In this document: piece after piece, positions 10,972 through 22,553 of the stretch
Position numbering within the stretch: position 1 is the first letter of the stretch
Layout: every line of letters begins with the position of its first letter
Source: Selaginella moellendorffii
Taxonomy: Eukaryota; Plantae; Lycopodiophyta
Direction: 5' to 3'
Length of the DNA: 64,000 bases
Assembly: GCF_000143415.4 (NCBI RefSeq)
Contig: NW_003314352.1
Coordinates: 674,278 to 738,277, forward strand
The notes under the pieces: model-generated
What the model was told of the DNA's origin: nothing
Seen by the model: the letters and a program-made list of their open reading frames with translations, nothing else
Database searches by the model: none
Position numbers and translations under genes: made by a program

Positions 10972-13886
10972 ATGGCTTTGCGAAGAGGAGTCAAGCAATC
11001 TCGTGAATGTGTGGAGCAACACTGGCTCAGCTTCTTTGAGGATCCTGAGCTATGGTGGGACAATAGATCTAAAAATGTGAGTGTTCTTCCCATGGAGCAA
11101 TACCAGTACCTAGATTATAACTTGGCATTTCTCTACAGTGGGGCAACTATCCGGACTTCAAGCATTCGTCCACTGGAGTAGGACTGTGGATTGGTTCTTG
11201 CCCTGCTTGGCTGCAACCCAAGATTAAATGCCTAGAAGATGCTACAAATGGAGGTACTCGCAGAGCACACTACAAGAAAGATGATTATAGCATCGGGAAG
11301 AACTCGCATTCTCCGCTCACACAAGCTACCACCACGAGACAGCCATTGACATGCTTGGCGTTCCCAGAGAAGCTGCTGGCGGACTTGAAATCCTGCAACG
11401 ATTTGGAGGGCGGGAGGGAGCTCGAGAAGTCTGCCGCTTCCCAGGGCCAGGACGCGAGCGTCTACGTCGCGGCAGCACTGGTCAGCATGTACGCAAGGTG
11501 CGGCAGCCTGATAGATGCGAGAAGAGTTTTCGAGGCCATGGAAACTCGGGATACCAGGACGTGGAACGCTTTGCTGCTCGGGTACGTCAACAATGGGATG
11601 GGGGTTGCTGCGCTCGAGCTGTTCGAGCGCATGGTTTCGGATGGGTGTGCTCCGGATTCCAGGACTTTTGTAGCAGCAGCGAAGGCTTGCGGGATCTCTG
11701 CGGCAGCGGAGTTGGCAGAGCAGCAGCAGCAGCAAGGATCCAAGGCTGCTATCAAAGCGAAAAAGAGTCTGGAAACCGGTGTGGCGATCCACGCTCAGGC
11801 AAGAACGAAGGGGTTCGATACAGACATATATGTGGCGAACACGCTCGTTGGGATGTACGCGAAGTGTGGGGACATGGCCGCTGCTCGCGATGTGTTCGGC
11901 AGCATCCAGCAGCCCAGCGTGGTCTCGTGGAACGCTTTGCTGCTGGGATGTGTGGAGAATGGAGAGGCCGAGCTCGCCTTGCAGCTCTATGAAGAGATGG
12001 TGATCGGCGCGGAAGGAGGAACAGCTCCTCCACTTTCCGCGGAGACGTATGTCGCAGCTTTGAAGGCTTGTGTGGCTCTAGGCGCGGAAGAGCGGTGTCT
12101 CAAATTTGGGAGAAGCATTCACTCGCTAGCGCTTGCCAGCGGCTGCATGTCGAATCTCTACGTGAAGAGCACCATGATCGACATGTATGCCAGGTGTGGA
12201 AGCCTCGAGGACGCCAAGAAGGTTTTCGACTCCTCGCCGCAGCAAAACGCAGTCACCTGGAATGCCTTGCTGTTTGGATACGTCGAGAATGGACGCGCAC
12301 AGGCTGCTCTGGAACTCTTTGCGCGGATGAAATCGTCCACCAAAGATGGCGCTCGCTGTGCTCCCACTTCTCGGACTTATCTCGCAGCGGTGATGGCCTG
12401 CGCTGCTCTGGCTGCTCAAGAAGAAGCCACCGAGGTGGAGATTGGGCGGTTTGTGAGGCTTCAAACGCTGGAGAGAGGACGAGCTCTCCACCGCGAGGCC
12501 GTGAAGGTGGTGGGAGCGGACCTTGATTCAAGCGTCCTCTTCTCGAGCGCGCTGGTTGATATGTATGCGAAGTGTGGCTCCATGGTGGACGCCAGGCGGG
12601 TTTTCGATAGCGTGGCTCCGGCTAAGCGGGACGTTGTGCTCTGGACTGGCTTGATATGGGGATACGTCAATAGCGGGGAGAGCGAGCGAGCTTTGGAGCT
12701 TTACTCGCGCATGGCTGGCGATCAAGGCTCTCATGCTGGCATAAGCCCAAGTCCTCAAACTTATGGTGCTCTTCTCAAGGCCTGTGGCTCCGTCAACGCG
12801 CTGGAAGCTGGGGAGCAAATCCATGCCCAAATCGTGGGGCTCCTGGACAAGGATCCAATCCTGGTGACGTGTTTGATCGACTTCTACGGCAAAACAGGGA
12901 GAATGGCTGCTGCTCGCAAGGTGTTTGATCAGTGGATCTCCGTGACCAAGCATGATATCGCGGCCTGGAACGCGGTGATAGCGGGATATAGCCTCCAAGG
13001 TGATGCATTGGCGGTGTTTGAGATGCTGGAGAGAATGGAGGAGGAAGATGGCCTGGAGCCAAACGGGGTGACCTTCGTGTCGGTTTTGAGCGCTTGCAGC
13101 CATGCCGGTCTGGTCGAGGAGGCGAGGAAGTATTTTGCAGCGATGAGCAACAAGCATGGAATTTCTCCAGGGAGAGAGCACTACGTGTGCATGGTGGATC
13201 TGCTGGGCCGCGCAAACCGGTTTGGTGAGGCGGTAAACGTGATCGAATCCATGCCCATGAAGCCGGATGCGATCATCTGGAAGACGCTGCTCGGGGCGTG
13301 TCGAAAGTGGAAGAATGTGGCCGTGGGAGAGGTGGCTTTCGAGTCGCTGGTGGGGCTCGACGCGAGCAGCGCTGCGGCGTATGTTCTCATGGCCAACATA
13401 TACTCGAGCACAGGCAAGCTCGACGAGAGGAGCAAAGTTCTTGCTAGAAGGAATGTGGCCAAGGCTTGGAGGAAGCCGGGCAAAAGCTGGTGGACCGATT
13501 CCAGTGCCCGGGTCCATAGCTTTTTGGTCGGGAACACCACTCACGAGCAGATTGGAGAGATCCGTGCCAAGCTCGAGGAATTGGTGGCAAGGATGAAGGA
13601 GAATGGATATGCTGCTGACGTTGAGAGTGTGCTCAAGGATGTGAGCGATGGCGAGAAGGAGGACGCGCTTTGCCAGCACAGCGAGAAGCTTGCAGTCGCT
13701 TGTGCGTTGATCAATTCCAAGCCAGGAAGCGTGGTCAGGATTGCAAAGAACTTGAGAGTGTGCCAGGATTGTCACAAAGCCACCGCAATCATCTCCAAGC
13801 TGGAGGAGAGGGAGATCGTGTGTAGAGATGCGAGCAGGCTCCATATTTTTAAAGATGGACAATGCTCATGTGGTGATTATTTATAA
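10972..13886 (+). CDS. PLS-class PPR-E-DYW (DYW:WW-like) organellar RNA-editing factor with N-terminal OSB-type PDF motif; exons 10972-11076 and 11139-13886, ~950 aa
   Basis: Repeated LVxMYAxCGS..A..VF / WNALL.GY PPR motifs. E domain, then PGKSWW, HSEKLA, KNLRVCQDCH, CSCGDYL. The phase-0 intron GTGAGT..CTACAG joins WLSFFEDPELWWDNRSKN to WGNYPDFKHSSTGVGLWI, with no stop before the PPR ORF. Confidence 0.9.
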
Positions 13887-13989
13887 GACAAATAATTAGC
13901 TTGTAACAAAAGTGATGAATGAGCAAGTCATGGGCGCGCTCAAAACAATCTCTTGCTATCTCCAGAAAAAGATTACCCCAAATTCTGGG

Positions 13990-15480
13990 CTCAGTAATAG
14001 TCTTTTCGCAATATCCAGCTCTGAACCACAAGAGCAGTCTGAAATCCCCTGAACACCAAATCGCAATTGGGGATTCTGTCTCCAACTTTTATAATGATGT
14101 GGCCGTAATGGAAGCGGAAGGATTCTTGCTGAGGAGAACCGAATATAACCGCCCGTGATAAAATACTGCTGCAGTAATAATTCATTATGACGAATATCTT
14201 CTCTGCCATGCCAGATAAAGGACGTTCACCATGCCGAGGGCGTTCTGGATCCATGAAAGTAAGGAGCTCAACTCCATTGGAGAGGCAGATTTCCACCATG
14301 CGCCTCAACGGGACTAATCGAATCCAGCTCCAAGAGCTGGAAGGTGCAGAGACTATATCAGCTGGTAAGCGAGAAACTTCCGTCCCAAAGAAGCCAAAAG
14401 GGTTGCCACTCTTGACCAGCATTCGAATATCATTCCTGACGTGACATGGAAGACTGTTTGGCATGCAGATAGCCGCTAAGAGAAATCGACTACCAGTTTT
14501 CTCGCACCATTAGGTACTTCATATACCAAGTTCAGCTCCAGAGCACTTAGCAAATTCTCAGTATTTTTTCCACTGTCAACCTGCGGAGATAACGTAAGCA
14601 CGTTGACTTTGTGTGTGCAGTTTCGGTCAATGATGATGAGTTTGTCATACTTCATGGCCAGGAAGTGCAAATCATGGCAGAGTTCAGCGAAGTTCACCTG
14701 AAAGTTGGGAAAAGCCACACGGATTTCTTCCCATTCCTGCCCAGGAAGATCAACCCACCCAAGGAGCTTCCTACCGGTTGATTTTAGTGCGTTGAGGAGT
14801 TGTTCATTTACTTTGCAGCGCCTAGGGACATTCTTGAGCATCTAACTTCAGTGCAATGGCAGAAACAGCGAAGCTACGATCAACCTGACCTCTCTCATAT
14901 GCCATGTTCGCAGAATGCTGAAGATCCCGCTGCACTACTTCCTCAATGTCGCTAGAGGCAAACTGAATCAAGCAAGCCAGACTCTCGCACACACTCGTCT
15001 TGCACTTCTCCACCAGGGCAACACTTGATTCAAATATAAGGCAATGAGCTGCAAACATCAGTTTGATATTATCAACAGCAAGGTGTCTCTTTCACGTGAG
15101 TCACATCAGCCTGTAAGATCTGGTGACCCTTAGGCCACCACGTTCCACCACCTTGACTAGAGAGGATCTCCTGCTTAACAAAGATTTGTATGCAAAATTT
15201 TCAAATCTTTGCTTTTGGAGGGATGTGTGGCGGAATAGAAATGGCAATGGCGGCCATTGCCCCAAGCAACTTGTTTGGAAGCAGCTTCTTTGGAAGTGGG
15301 GTGGTGACCTCCTACAGTGACCTTCCAATGTAGGAGGAAGATCTTGTCTGCGGCTGGAGCAGTGATTAGTTGGCTGCTTGTGCTGCCGATTTCTCGTACA
15401 AGGGATTCATCAATCTGGGTGCAAGCCATCAGCAGCAGGAGTGCCTCTGGTGGGCTCTAGAGATTTTCATGAACAGCAAC
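13990..15480 (-). pseudogene. Chain of same-strand ORF fragments, probably a disrupted gene of unknown family
   Basis: Consecutive minus-strand ORFs (15175-15429, 14822-15058, 14476-14841, 13991-14464) with protein-like composition, broken by stops or frameshifts. No recognisable domain. Confidence 0.35.
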
Positions 15481-16079
15481 AGCATGGTTCCATAGTCCTC
15501 TTCAACACCACATCCAATAGTATTTAAGCTTAATGACACTTGACTTTAAAACCTTTTTATTAATAGAATGTTTCCCTTTATATTTAAACCCTAATAAACC
15601 TTTTTTAAGCCATTCTTTTTAATTGCTTATAAATTGTTGAAATCACTGAACCTCCCTCCAGCTTCATTCTTATCTGCTTGCTGCTTAGCACTTCTAAATG
15701 GCCTATCACCTTGATCCAGTGCCTCAAGCATCCAGCAATCAAGAGGGAATCAAGAAGCTCATCCTCCTCTTTATTGCTGGTGAAGACAACAAACTTCATA
15801 GTCCTATGATCAAAGAGCATGAGGCTTTTGATACCATGAAAACACATGCAAACACACAAGAAGGAACTATCTTGCAAATATGTGAATAGTTACATATAGA
15901 TGGAACTACTGCCATGTGGGCATAACCATTACCACATTATCTCTACTATTTAATAATAGCTTCCAAAGGTAATTATTATGATGCCAAATAATAAGACAAA
16001 GAGGGCTAACCTCGCCTAGATTATGTTACATCTTCTCTTGAAATTCCTCACCACCCAACTAAGGTGGGCATTAGGATCA

Positions 16080-16210
16080 ATGAGTTCACAAGACTACATG
16101 CTTGACTATGACAATGCGAATGTGTTGAGGAGATTTATGTTAGATGACGATGGCAATATCAAGATTTACAGCTTCAGCCCAAAGAATAAAAGTGACTTCC
16201 TAGAGCATCA
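16080..16210 (+). pseudogene. Fragment resembling the S-locus glycoprotein domain of G-type lectin receptor kinases
   Basis: DYDNANVLRRFMLDDDGNIKIYSFSPKNKS; a second copy at ~17013-17090 continues RIYSFSPKNKSDSWSIVWQVV..LC. Confidence 0.55.
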
Positions 16211-18062
16211 TCAAGGGTGGTTAGAGCAAGTGCATATACAAATCTCATAAGATCTTGATGAAATGCAAGCCACAACATTTTTAACTTGATCCACTTTGAT
16301 ATATTTGGCTCCACATAAAGCAAAAAACTCTGGAAGCAAATGCCAAATTGCATTATTAACTCAGATGACCCTTAACAAAAATGATGTAATTCTTAGAAGG
16401 CATCATCATAATTATCGGGAATCTCATATAAATGCCAAGCATCATCTCAAGCATGATAGGTGGCAATCACTATAAAGTGATCGAACCAACAATATATATT
16501 ATCTCCAAGAAGAATAGAAGGAGTTGTATGATATATTGTGAATCAACCAAGTCTAATTGTTCAACTACAACCATGTAACATCAAGCAACTAGAGTCAAAA
16601 GAGGAAGAGGCTACTACTCTGCCATGAAGATGGAAAAAAGAAAAAGAGAAGAAACTAAAAAAACCTATAAAGAAAGTGAGATTTAAATAATATAAAAGTT
16701 AAATCTAAACCAAAAGCCCAAATCTAAACACTCCTTAGGGACAATCAAAGAGGCCCCTTACCTCTATCAATATGAGTGCATAGAATATGGAAATGAAATT
16801 AAAAAATGTGCATATCAATTAGCCTAAATATCAAGGCTTGTATCAATTTGATGGCTATCAAAATCCCACTATACTAATATTAATATATGGATTATAGCTG
16901 TACACTTTGGACTTCACAACTTATTATTTTTATATTATCATTTAATTCAAAAACTTAATATTGAATAAACAAACTAAGGGTTAAAGCATATTTATCAAGT
17001 TCCACATGTCCTCAGGATCTATAGCTTCAGCCCAAAGAACAAGAGTGACTCTTGGAGCATTGTTTGGCAAGTTGTTATGCACAAGTTATGCATAAGCTGT
17101 AGATCCTGAGGACATGTGGACAAAGACGCTTTAACCCTTAGTTTGTTTATTCAATATTAAGTTTTTGAATTAAATGATAATATAAAAATAATAAGTTATG
17201 AGGTCCAAAGTATATAGCTATAATCTATATACTAATATTAACATAGTGGGATTTTGGTAACTATCAGATTGGTTTCAATCCAGACCATTCACTCCTTGAT
17301 ATAAGCTAGGGTTTTTGGGTTAATTGATATGCACATTTTTAAATTTCATTTCCATATTCCATACACTCATATTAATAGAAGCGAAAGGCATTTTTTATTG
17401 TCCTTGAGGAGTGTTTGGATTTGGGCTTTGGTTTAGATTTAACTTTTATATTGTTTAAATCTTACTTTCCTTATAGCTTTCTTTAGTTTATTCTCTTTCT
17501 CTTTTTTCCATCTTCATGGTAGTGTAGCAGCCTCTTTCTCCTTTGACTCTAGAGTAATAATTAATGTAGTTGCTTGATGTTACATGGTTGTAGTTGAACA
17601 ATTAGACTTGGTTGATTTACAACATATCGTACAACTCCTCTTACTCTTCCTGGAGATAATATGTATCGTTGGTTCAATCACTTTATAGTGATTGCCACCT
17701 ATCATTCTTGAGATTATGCTTAGCATCTACATGAGTTTCCCACATGTCTCCAAAGAATGATGTTACAGTGGTACAATGGTTTGAGCATAGTTACTCATGT
17801 GGATTGGAGCATCCTCTCAGATGCTTTCAAGTGTGCATTTGGACATGCTAATGATTGTGATAATGCCTTCTAAGAATTGCATTATCTTCATCAAGGGTCG
17901 TCTAAGTCAATGATGTAATTTAGCATTTGCCTCCAGAGCTTTTTACTTTATGTGGAGCCAAATATGTTAGAATGGATCAAGTTGGAAATATTGTAGCTTG
18001 CACTTCATTAAAATCTTATGGGATTTGTGTATACACTTGCTCCAACAACCCTTGACAATGCT
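16204..18062. repeat. Large inverted repeat (arms ~16204-17027 and ~17094-18062, 66 bp spacer)
   Basis: Arms align as reverse complements at both ends and in between (e.g. tttggctccacataaag / ctttatgtggagccaaa; ccacatgtcctcaggatct / agatcctgaggacatgtgg). Differences are mostly transitions; the right arm has ~115 bp extra. Confidence 0.9.
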
Positions 18063-18528
18063 TTTTGAATAGCATAACTTTATAAGACATCACCTTTCCA
18101 CTTGTCACTACATGTCCTTCAGCTTTACTTTTTGGATTCTATTTTGATGGAAGTTGATGCTATTGCTGTTTGTGTTTAAGGACAAGGACGAGGATGTGGT
18201 TGTGTCTATGATATCCATTGTTGCATATGTGATAAGATTGGCCATACGTATTGGCGTTGTCAACATTTTTTAGATTGGCGTCCTCTATTTCATAGATGGA
18301 GGCCTTGGCATCAACAATGTTCTATTAGTCCTGCTATAGTGGAAAGTCCTAGCACAAAGGTTCTTCAAAGAAATGAGGAGTCATAAAAGTATTAGAAGGT
18401 CCTTGTGCGAATAAGTCAGTGACCTCTTCATCTTTCTTTTGGGAGTACCATCAAAGGGTTCCTCAGCATAAATTCATCCAATGCTTGCTTTCTAAGCTCA
18501 TATTTATAATAAGAAGTCATCTATTCTT

Positions 18529-19125
18529 TGTAAACACTCCTGAGTTTGGACTTCCCGGGAGGTCACCCAACCCAGTACTATTCAAACCCAAGGACGCTTA
18601 ACCCCAAATATCCCAAGACCCTTAACCGATTGGAAAAGGGGGTGCACTCTTATTCATGGGCCCTTTCCCTCTATATTTGAACCCTATGGACCGTCTCTCG
18701 AGTCGTTCCCTTTGGTTGCTTACAATCCACCACGCTTCCCTGCAAGTTCACGCCCTCATGAACGGAAGCTAAGAGCCGCAGCTCTCCTGAGAGCCCCACT
18801 CTCTTGACACCCTACCCCTCGGGTCGAGCCCAGCAGGAGCAAACTGGACCAGCCAGATGTCAATCAACATATGGTGCGATTCCCTTAGCCAACCAACAAA
18901 GTCGGACCCGAGACCCCTCTGATACCAAATGTAAACACTCCTGAGTTTGGACTTCCCGGGAGGTCACCCAACCCAGTACTATTCAAACCCAAGGACGCTT
19001 AACCCCAAATATCCCAAGACCCTTAACCGATTGGAAAAGGGGGTGCACTCTTATTCATGGGCCCTTTCCCTCTATATTTGAACCCTATGGACCGTCTCTC
19101 GAGTCGTTCCCTTTGGTTGCTTACA
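18529..19125 (-). mobile_element. Intact Cassandra TRIM retrotransposon (5S rRNA-derived segment in the LTRs)
   Basis: Two apparently identical 196 bp TG..CA LTRs (18529-18724, 18930-19125) around a 205 bp non-coding interior. PBS TGGTATCAGAG (tRNA-iMet), PPT GGGAAGCGTGGTGGA, TSD TTCTT. The LTR carries GGTTAAGCGTCCTTGGG..TAGTACTGGGTTGGGTGACCTCCCGGGAAGTCC, matching the 5S box A/IE/box C region. Confidence 0.95.
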
Positions 19126-19589
19126 TTCTTCTCTCTATATTAGTTGATACATACTTAAGCTTATGTTTTATTACTCGGTCTATTGCCATATATTGTTATT
19201 TACAATTGCGTCATATGGCATAGTCAATCTTCATTCTTTATAGCAATAGATATACACTTGCATGTGCGTAAGATGATGTAGACCTAATTGTGTGTGTGGG
19301 TGATCTCAAGCTTGAACTTCAATTATTATGGATGGTGTCGAGTTAAACTCTTAACTTCATCCTTAGTATGAATTAGTTGCAACACAATCATACAAAGTAT
19401 GAGTTTAAGGCTTCTTCTTTTTGTTTTATACTTTTTTATATTTCTTCCATTTTATTCCACTTTATCCTTCTAGTTCTACCTTTACTTCTATTACTTTTGT
19501 TTCCTCATTACTTTCTATTTATTATTTTTTCATTTTGTTCCTTTGTTCCCTCTCTAGATCCCTTTAACAATCTTTATCTTGCAATGGTT

Positions 19590-22500
19590 GACCAACTCAA
19601 GAAGGAGTATGCTGATCTTTTTAACTTTGTTTAGGGCCAAGATTGAAAAATGTCATCATATTCCAATTGGGGATAAAGGTTTTTGTTTGGTGTCAGCCAC
19701 CAAAGGAGATCAAGATTTTACATGTAAATATTAAAGAGATATTAGAGAAGGGTGTTATCCAAAAGTCTGAAAATCCTTGGGTGTGTGAACTTTATTTTAT
19801 AACAAAGCTTAATAAGAGTATTTGCTTTTGCATTGACTATCGTTTGTTAAAGGAGATGACTATCTTGGATGTGTACCCTCTTCCTTATATTACTAATTTC
19901 TTAAATCATTTAGGGATGGTTTATCAAGTTAGATTTTGTTTTTGGGTACTAAAAAATGCCAATGGCTGAAGAAAATGTTTCCAAGATTGTTTTTTATACA
20001 CCATTTAGTTTGTACAAGTTTTTTGTGATGCCATTCGGTTTGAATAATACTTTAGTCAAGTGATGAACGAGGTTCTCTACGATATGTCAGAAAGACTGTT
20101 GACTTCATTAACAGTATCTTGATCCACTCAAAGGGATATGGGATGAGCACTTCCATGATGGTCGTAAACTATTGGATCGGTTGCGGAAAGTTGATTTAAA
20201 GCTGAAGTGGTTGAAGTGTGTATTTGGGTCTAAGAACACAACTTACTTTAGGTACCATATTTCTTATGAAGGTTTGCAAATTAATCCTAATAAACTTATG
20301 GCTTTTCTAAAATTCTATACTTCGAAGTGTGTGAATGCCACCAACTCAAATGGATAAAAAATTGCAATTGACTCCAACTATCTTTCTATAGCATGAGGGG
20401 GAGTATTATGAGCTTGGTACCAAACACAATTATGCATATATCAAATATCATTATGTTACATCTCTAGCTAATAGAAAGATTTATACAACTTCTCAATTAT
20501 ACACCGATATTCTATATGCCTACTTAGAATAGGAGAGTCATGATAAGCATGGAGAAAGTGTAAAATAAGTATCTAAGGCACCACCAACTATAAATGATTA
20601 TTAGGATCAATCCCTATAAAATAAAGAAGGTCATTCTTAAGGCTAAATAAGAATGTAAATGCTAAAATAGCAAGTCATCAACAAGTGATACAGGATTTTC
20701 AAACCCTTTATAAAACCTTCGGATCCACAATTTAACCTTTTGAGCTTTCCAAACTTTATCAAGAAAAGGTAAATTTTGCATTGCACCTTATAAAAACATT
20801 AAATATCATATATAGCAAACATTGATAGGATATAATCCTTGTCTAAAAAATCCACTAATACTAGAACAATAGACTTATCAAGACTAAGATAAGAGAGTGA
20901 TGAAGGGAGAATAACTTGAGAAAGGGCATTAACATTAGGTATAGAACTCTTTAAGCGATGAACAACCTTGAAATCATATATTTGAAGCTTCAAGGCCCAC
21001 TGAGCAATACCACCAACCAAGTTCTTCCATTTCAATAACAAAGTAATCACAATATAATCACTTTCTAATAATATTTGAGAACCATGAAGCTTCTGAAAAC
21101 CCTAAGTGACTATTAAACACTCATGTGGAGTAGTTTCCTTTTGCTGGTTGTAATGTATAGCTAATATATGTTATAAGATGGCACTAACTAGGCATACTTG
21201 TGCTCTTTTGCATCAACACATCTCTGAGATTGATATTAAAAACATTTATATATAAAATGAAAGATTGAGTATAGTCAAGATATTGTAAACAACCAAAAGG
21301 AATGACTTAAGAGATGATCCATAGCGTTCAAATATAAAGGGAAAGGGCCTATGAATAAGAGTGCACCCCTTTCCTGGGATTAATTATCTTTGGGTTTAAA
21401 TAATACTAGGTTGGGTGACCTCCCGAGAAGTCTAAATTCAAGGGTTTATAGATACACTAAAACTAAAGGAATCATTAATAACGCTTTGAGATCTATAAAT
21501 GCCCATTTATAGTCTATAAACCAAATGAAAAATGATGGTGACAACTTAAAAAATGCTCTCAATAGTGTAGCATGATTAGAAAGATGATTAATGAAATTAC
21601 TAAAATATTACACTTTGCCTAAAAAACTTTACACACCATTTGATCTGATTTGGCCTTTTCTATAGTCGATTACTTGCAATAAATATATCATTATTGCCTC
21701 TGACTACTTGGCTCATTGGGTGGAAGTTGGTTCTTTTGCTATTATTGTTGGGTATTTCATCCTCAATCGAGTGGTATTCCAATATTCTTATTTAGAACTT
21801 AAATAATAGTCTTGAATTTATAAATTAAGGCATTTTACATTTTAATGTCTTGGCTAGGGATACATCACACTTTTATGAGTGTTTATCATCCACAGACATA
21901 TAGTTTTGTGGAATGTTTTGTTCGGACCTTTAAAGGGATGACTGTGAAGTATATGAACTTTCATCATTCAGATTAGGATGGTTATTTGTTGTCTTGCATA
22001 TATTATAAGGGTATAGAGTTCTATTGGTGTTTCACTATATAAACTTTTATATAGTTATTTTTCAATATTACTAACTGAGTTGAGTTTACCTTCATGATTA
22101 TCACGAGCTACTAATGCTAGGTCCTAAGATTAGTATTTAAGGAGCATTATTCTACTTGTTTGAGTAGAGTCTGCTAAACACTTGAACCACGTATAAGTGG
22201 GATGACAATGGTGTTACAACTCCTATCATTATGCATTTGCAGAGTATATAGTGGATGACTTGGTGTTAGTCCATTTTCCCAATTTTATAGTACGTTGTTT
22301 GTCAAGGGGCTCCTTGCTTAGTGGAAGGGACTATATTGGGTATTGTAGCAAGTTCAACTACAAGTTTATTATGACGTTCAATATAATATTCAACAAGTTA
22401 ATCCTCTAGAAATTATATATATGTAATGGCTAAAATACATTGTACAAATGTAGTCAAGAATAACTAGCACCACTTATAGATTTATTGGTACTTCCTTCTA
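19590..22500. mobile_element. Heavily decayed Ty3/gypsy pol remnants in both orientations (+ RT ~19600-20350; - RT/RNase H ~20750-21670; + integrase traces ~21650-22150)
   Basis: ICFCIDYRLLKEMTILDVYPLPYI, MPFGL, LKLKWLKCVFG (+); SFLG, WALKLQIYDFKVVHR..NVNALS (-); many stops. Confidence 0.7.
21284..21450 (+). mobile_element. Decayed Cassandra solo LTR
   Basis: Reverse-complement homology to the LTR at 18529 with an internal deletion; flanks GATAT/GATAC. Confidence 0.8.
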
Positions 22501-22553
22501 ATGTTCCTCAAGATCCCAGCCCATCAGCCAAAGAACCCTAATTACCTTCCATC

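Noticed and set aside
10972-11181. Stand-alone 69 aa small protein
   Set aside because: Better explained as exon 1 plus intron of the PPR-DYW gene, since the PDF motif continues after the acceptor at 11138.
12528-13862. 444 aa antisense ORF over the PPR gene (and similar shadow ORFs over PME and LHY)
   Set aside because: Shadow frames of GC-rich coding sequence with no motifs.
18548-19004. 5S rRNA genes
   Set aside because: Only the ~56 bp box A to box C part is present, embedded in LTRs with PBS, PPT and TSD, which identifies Cassandra.
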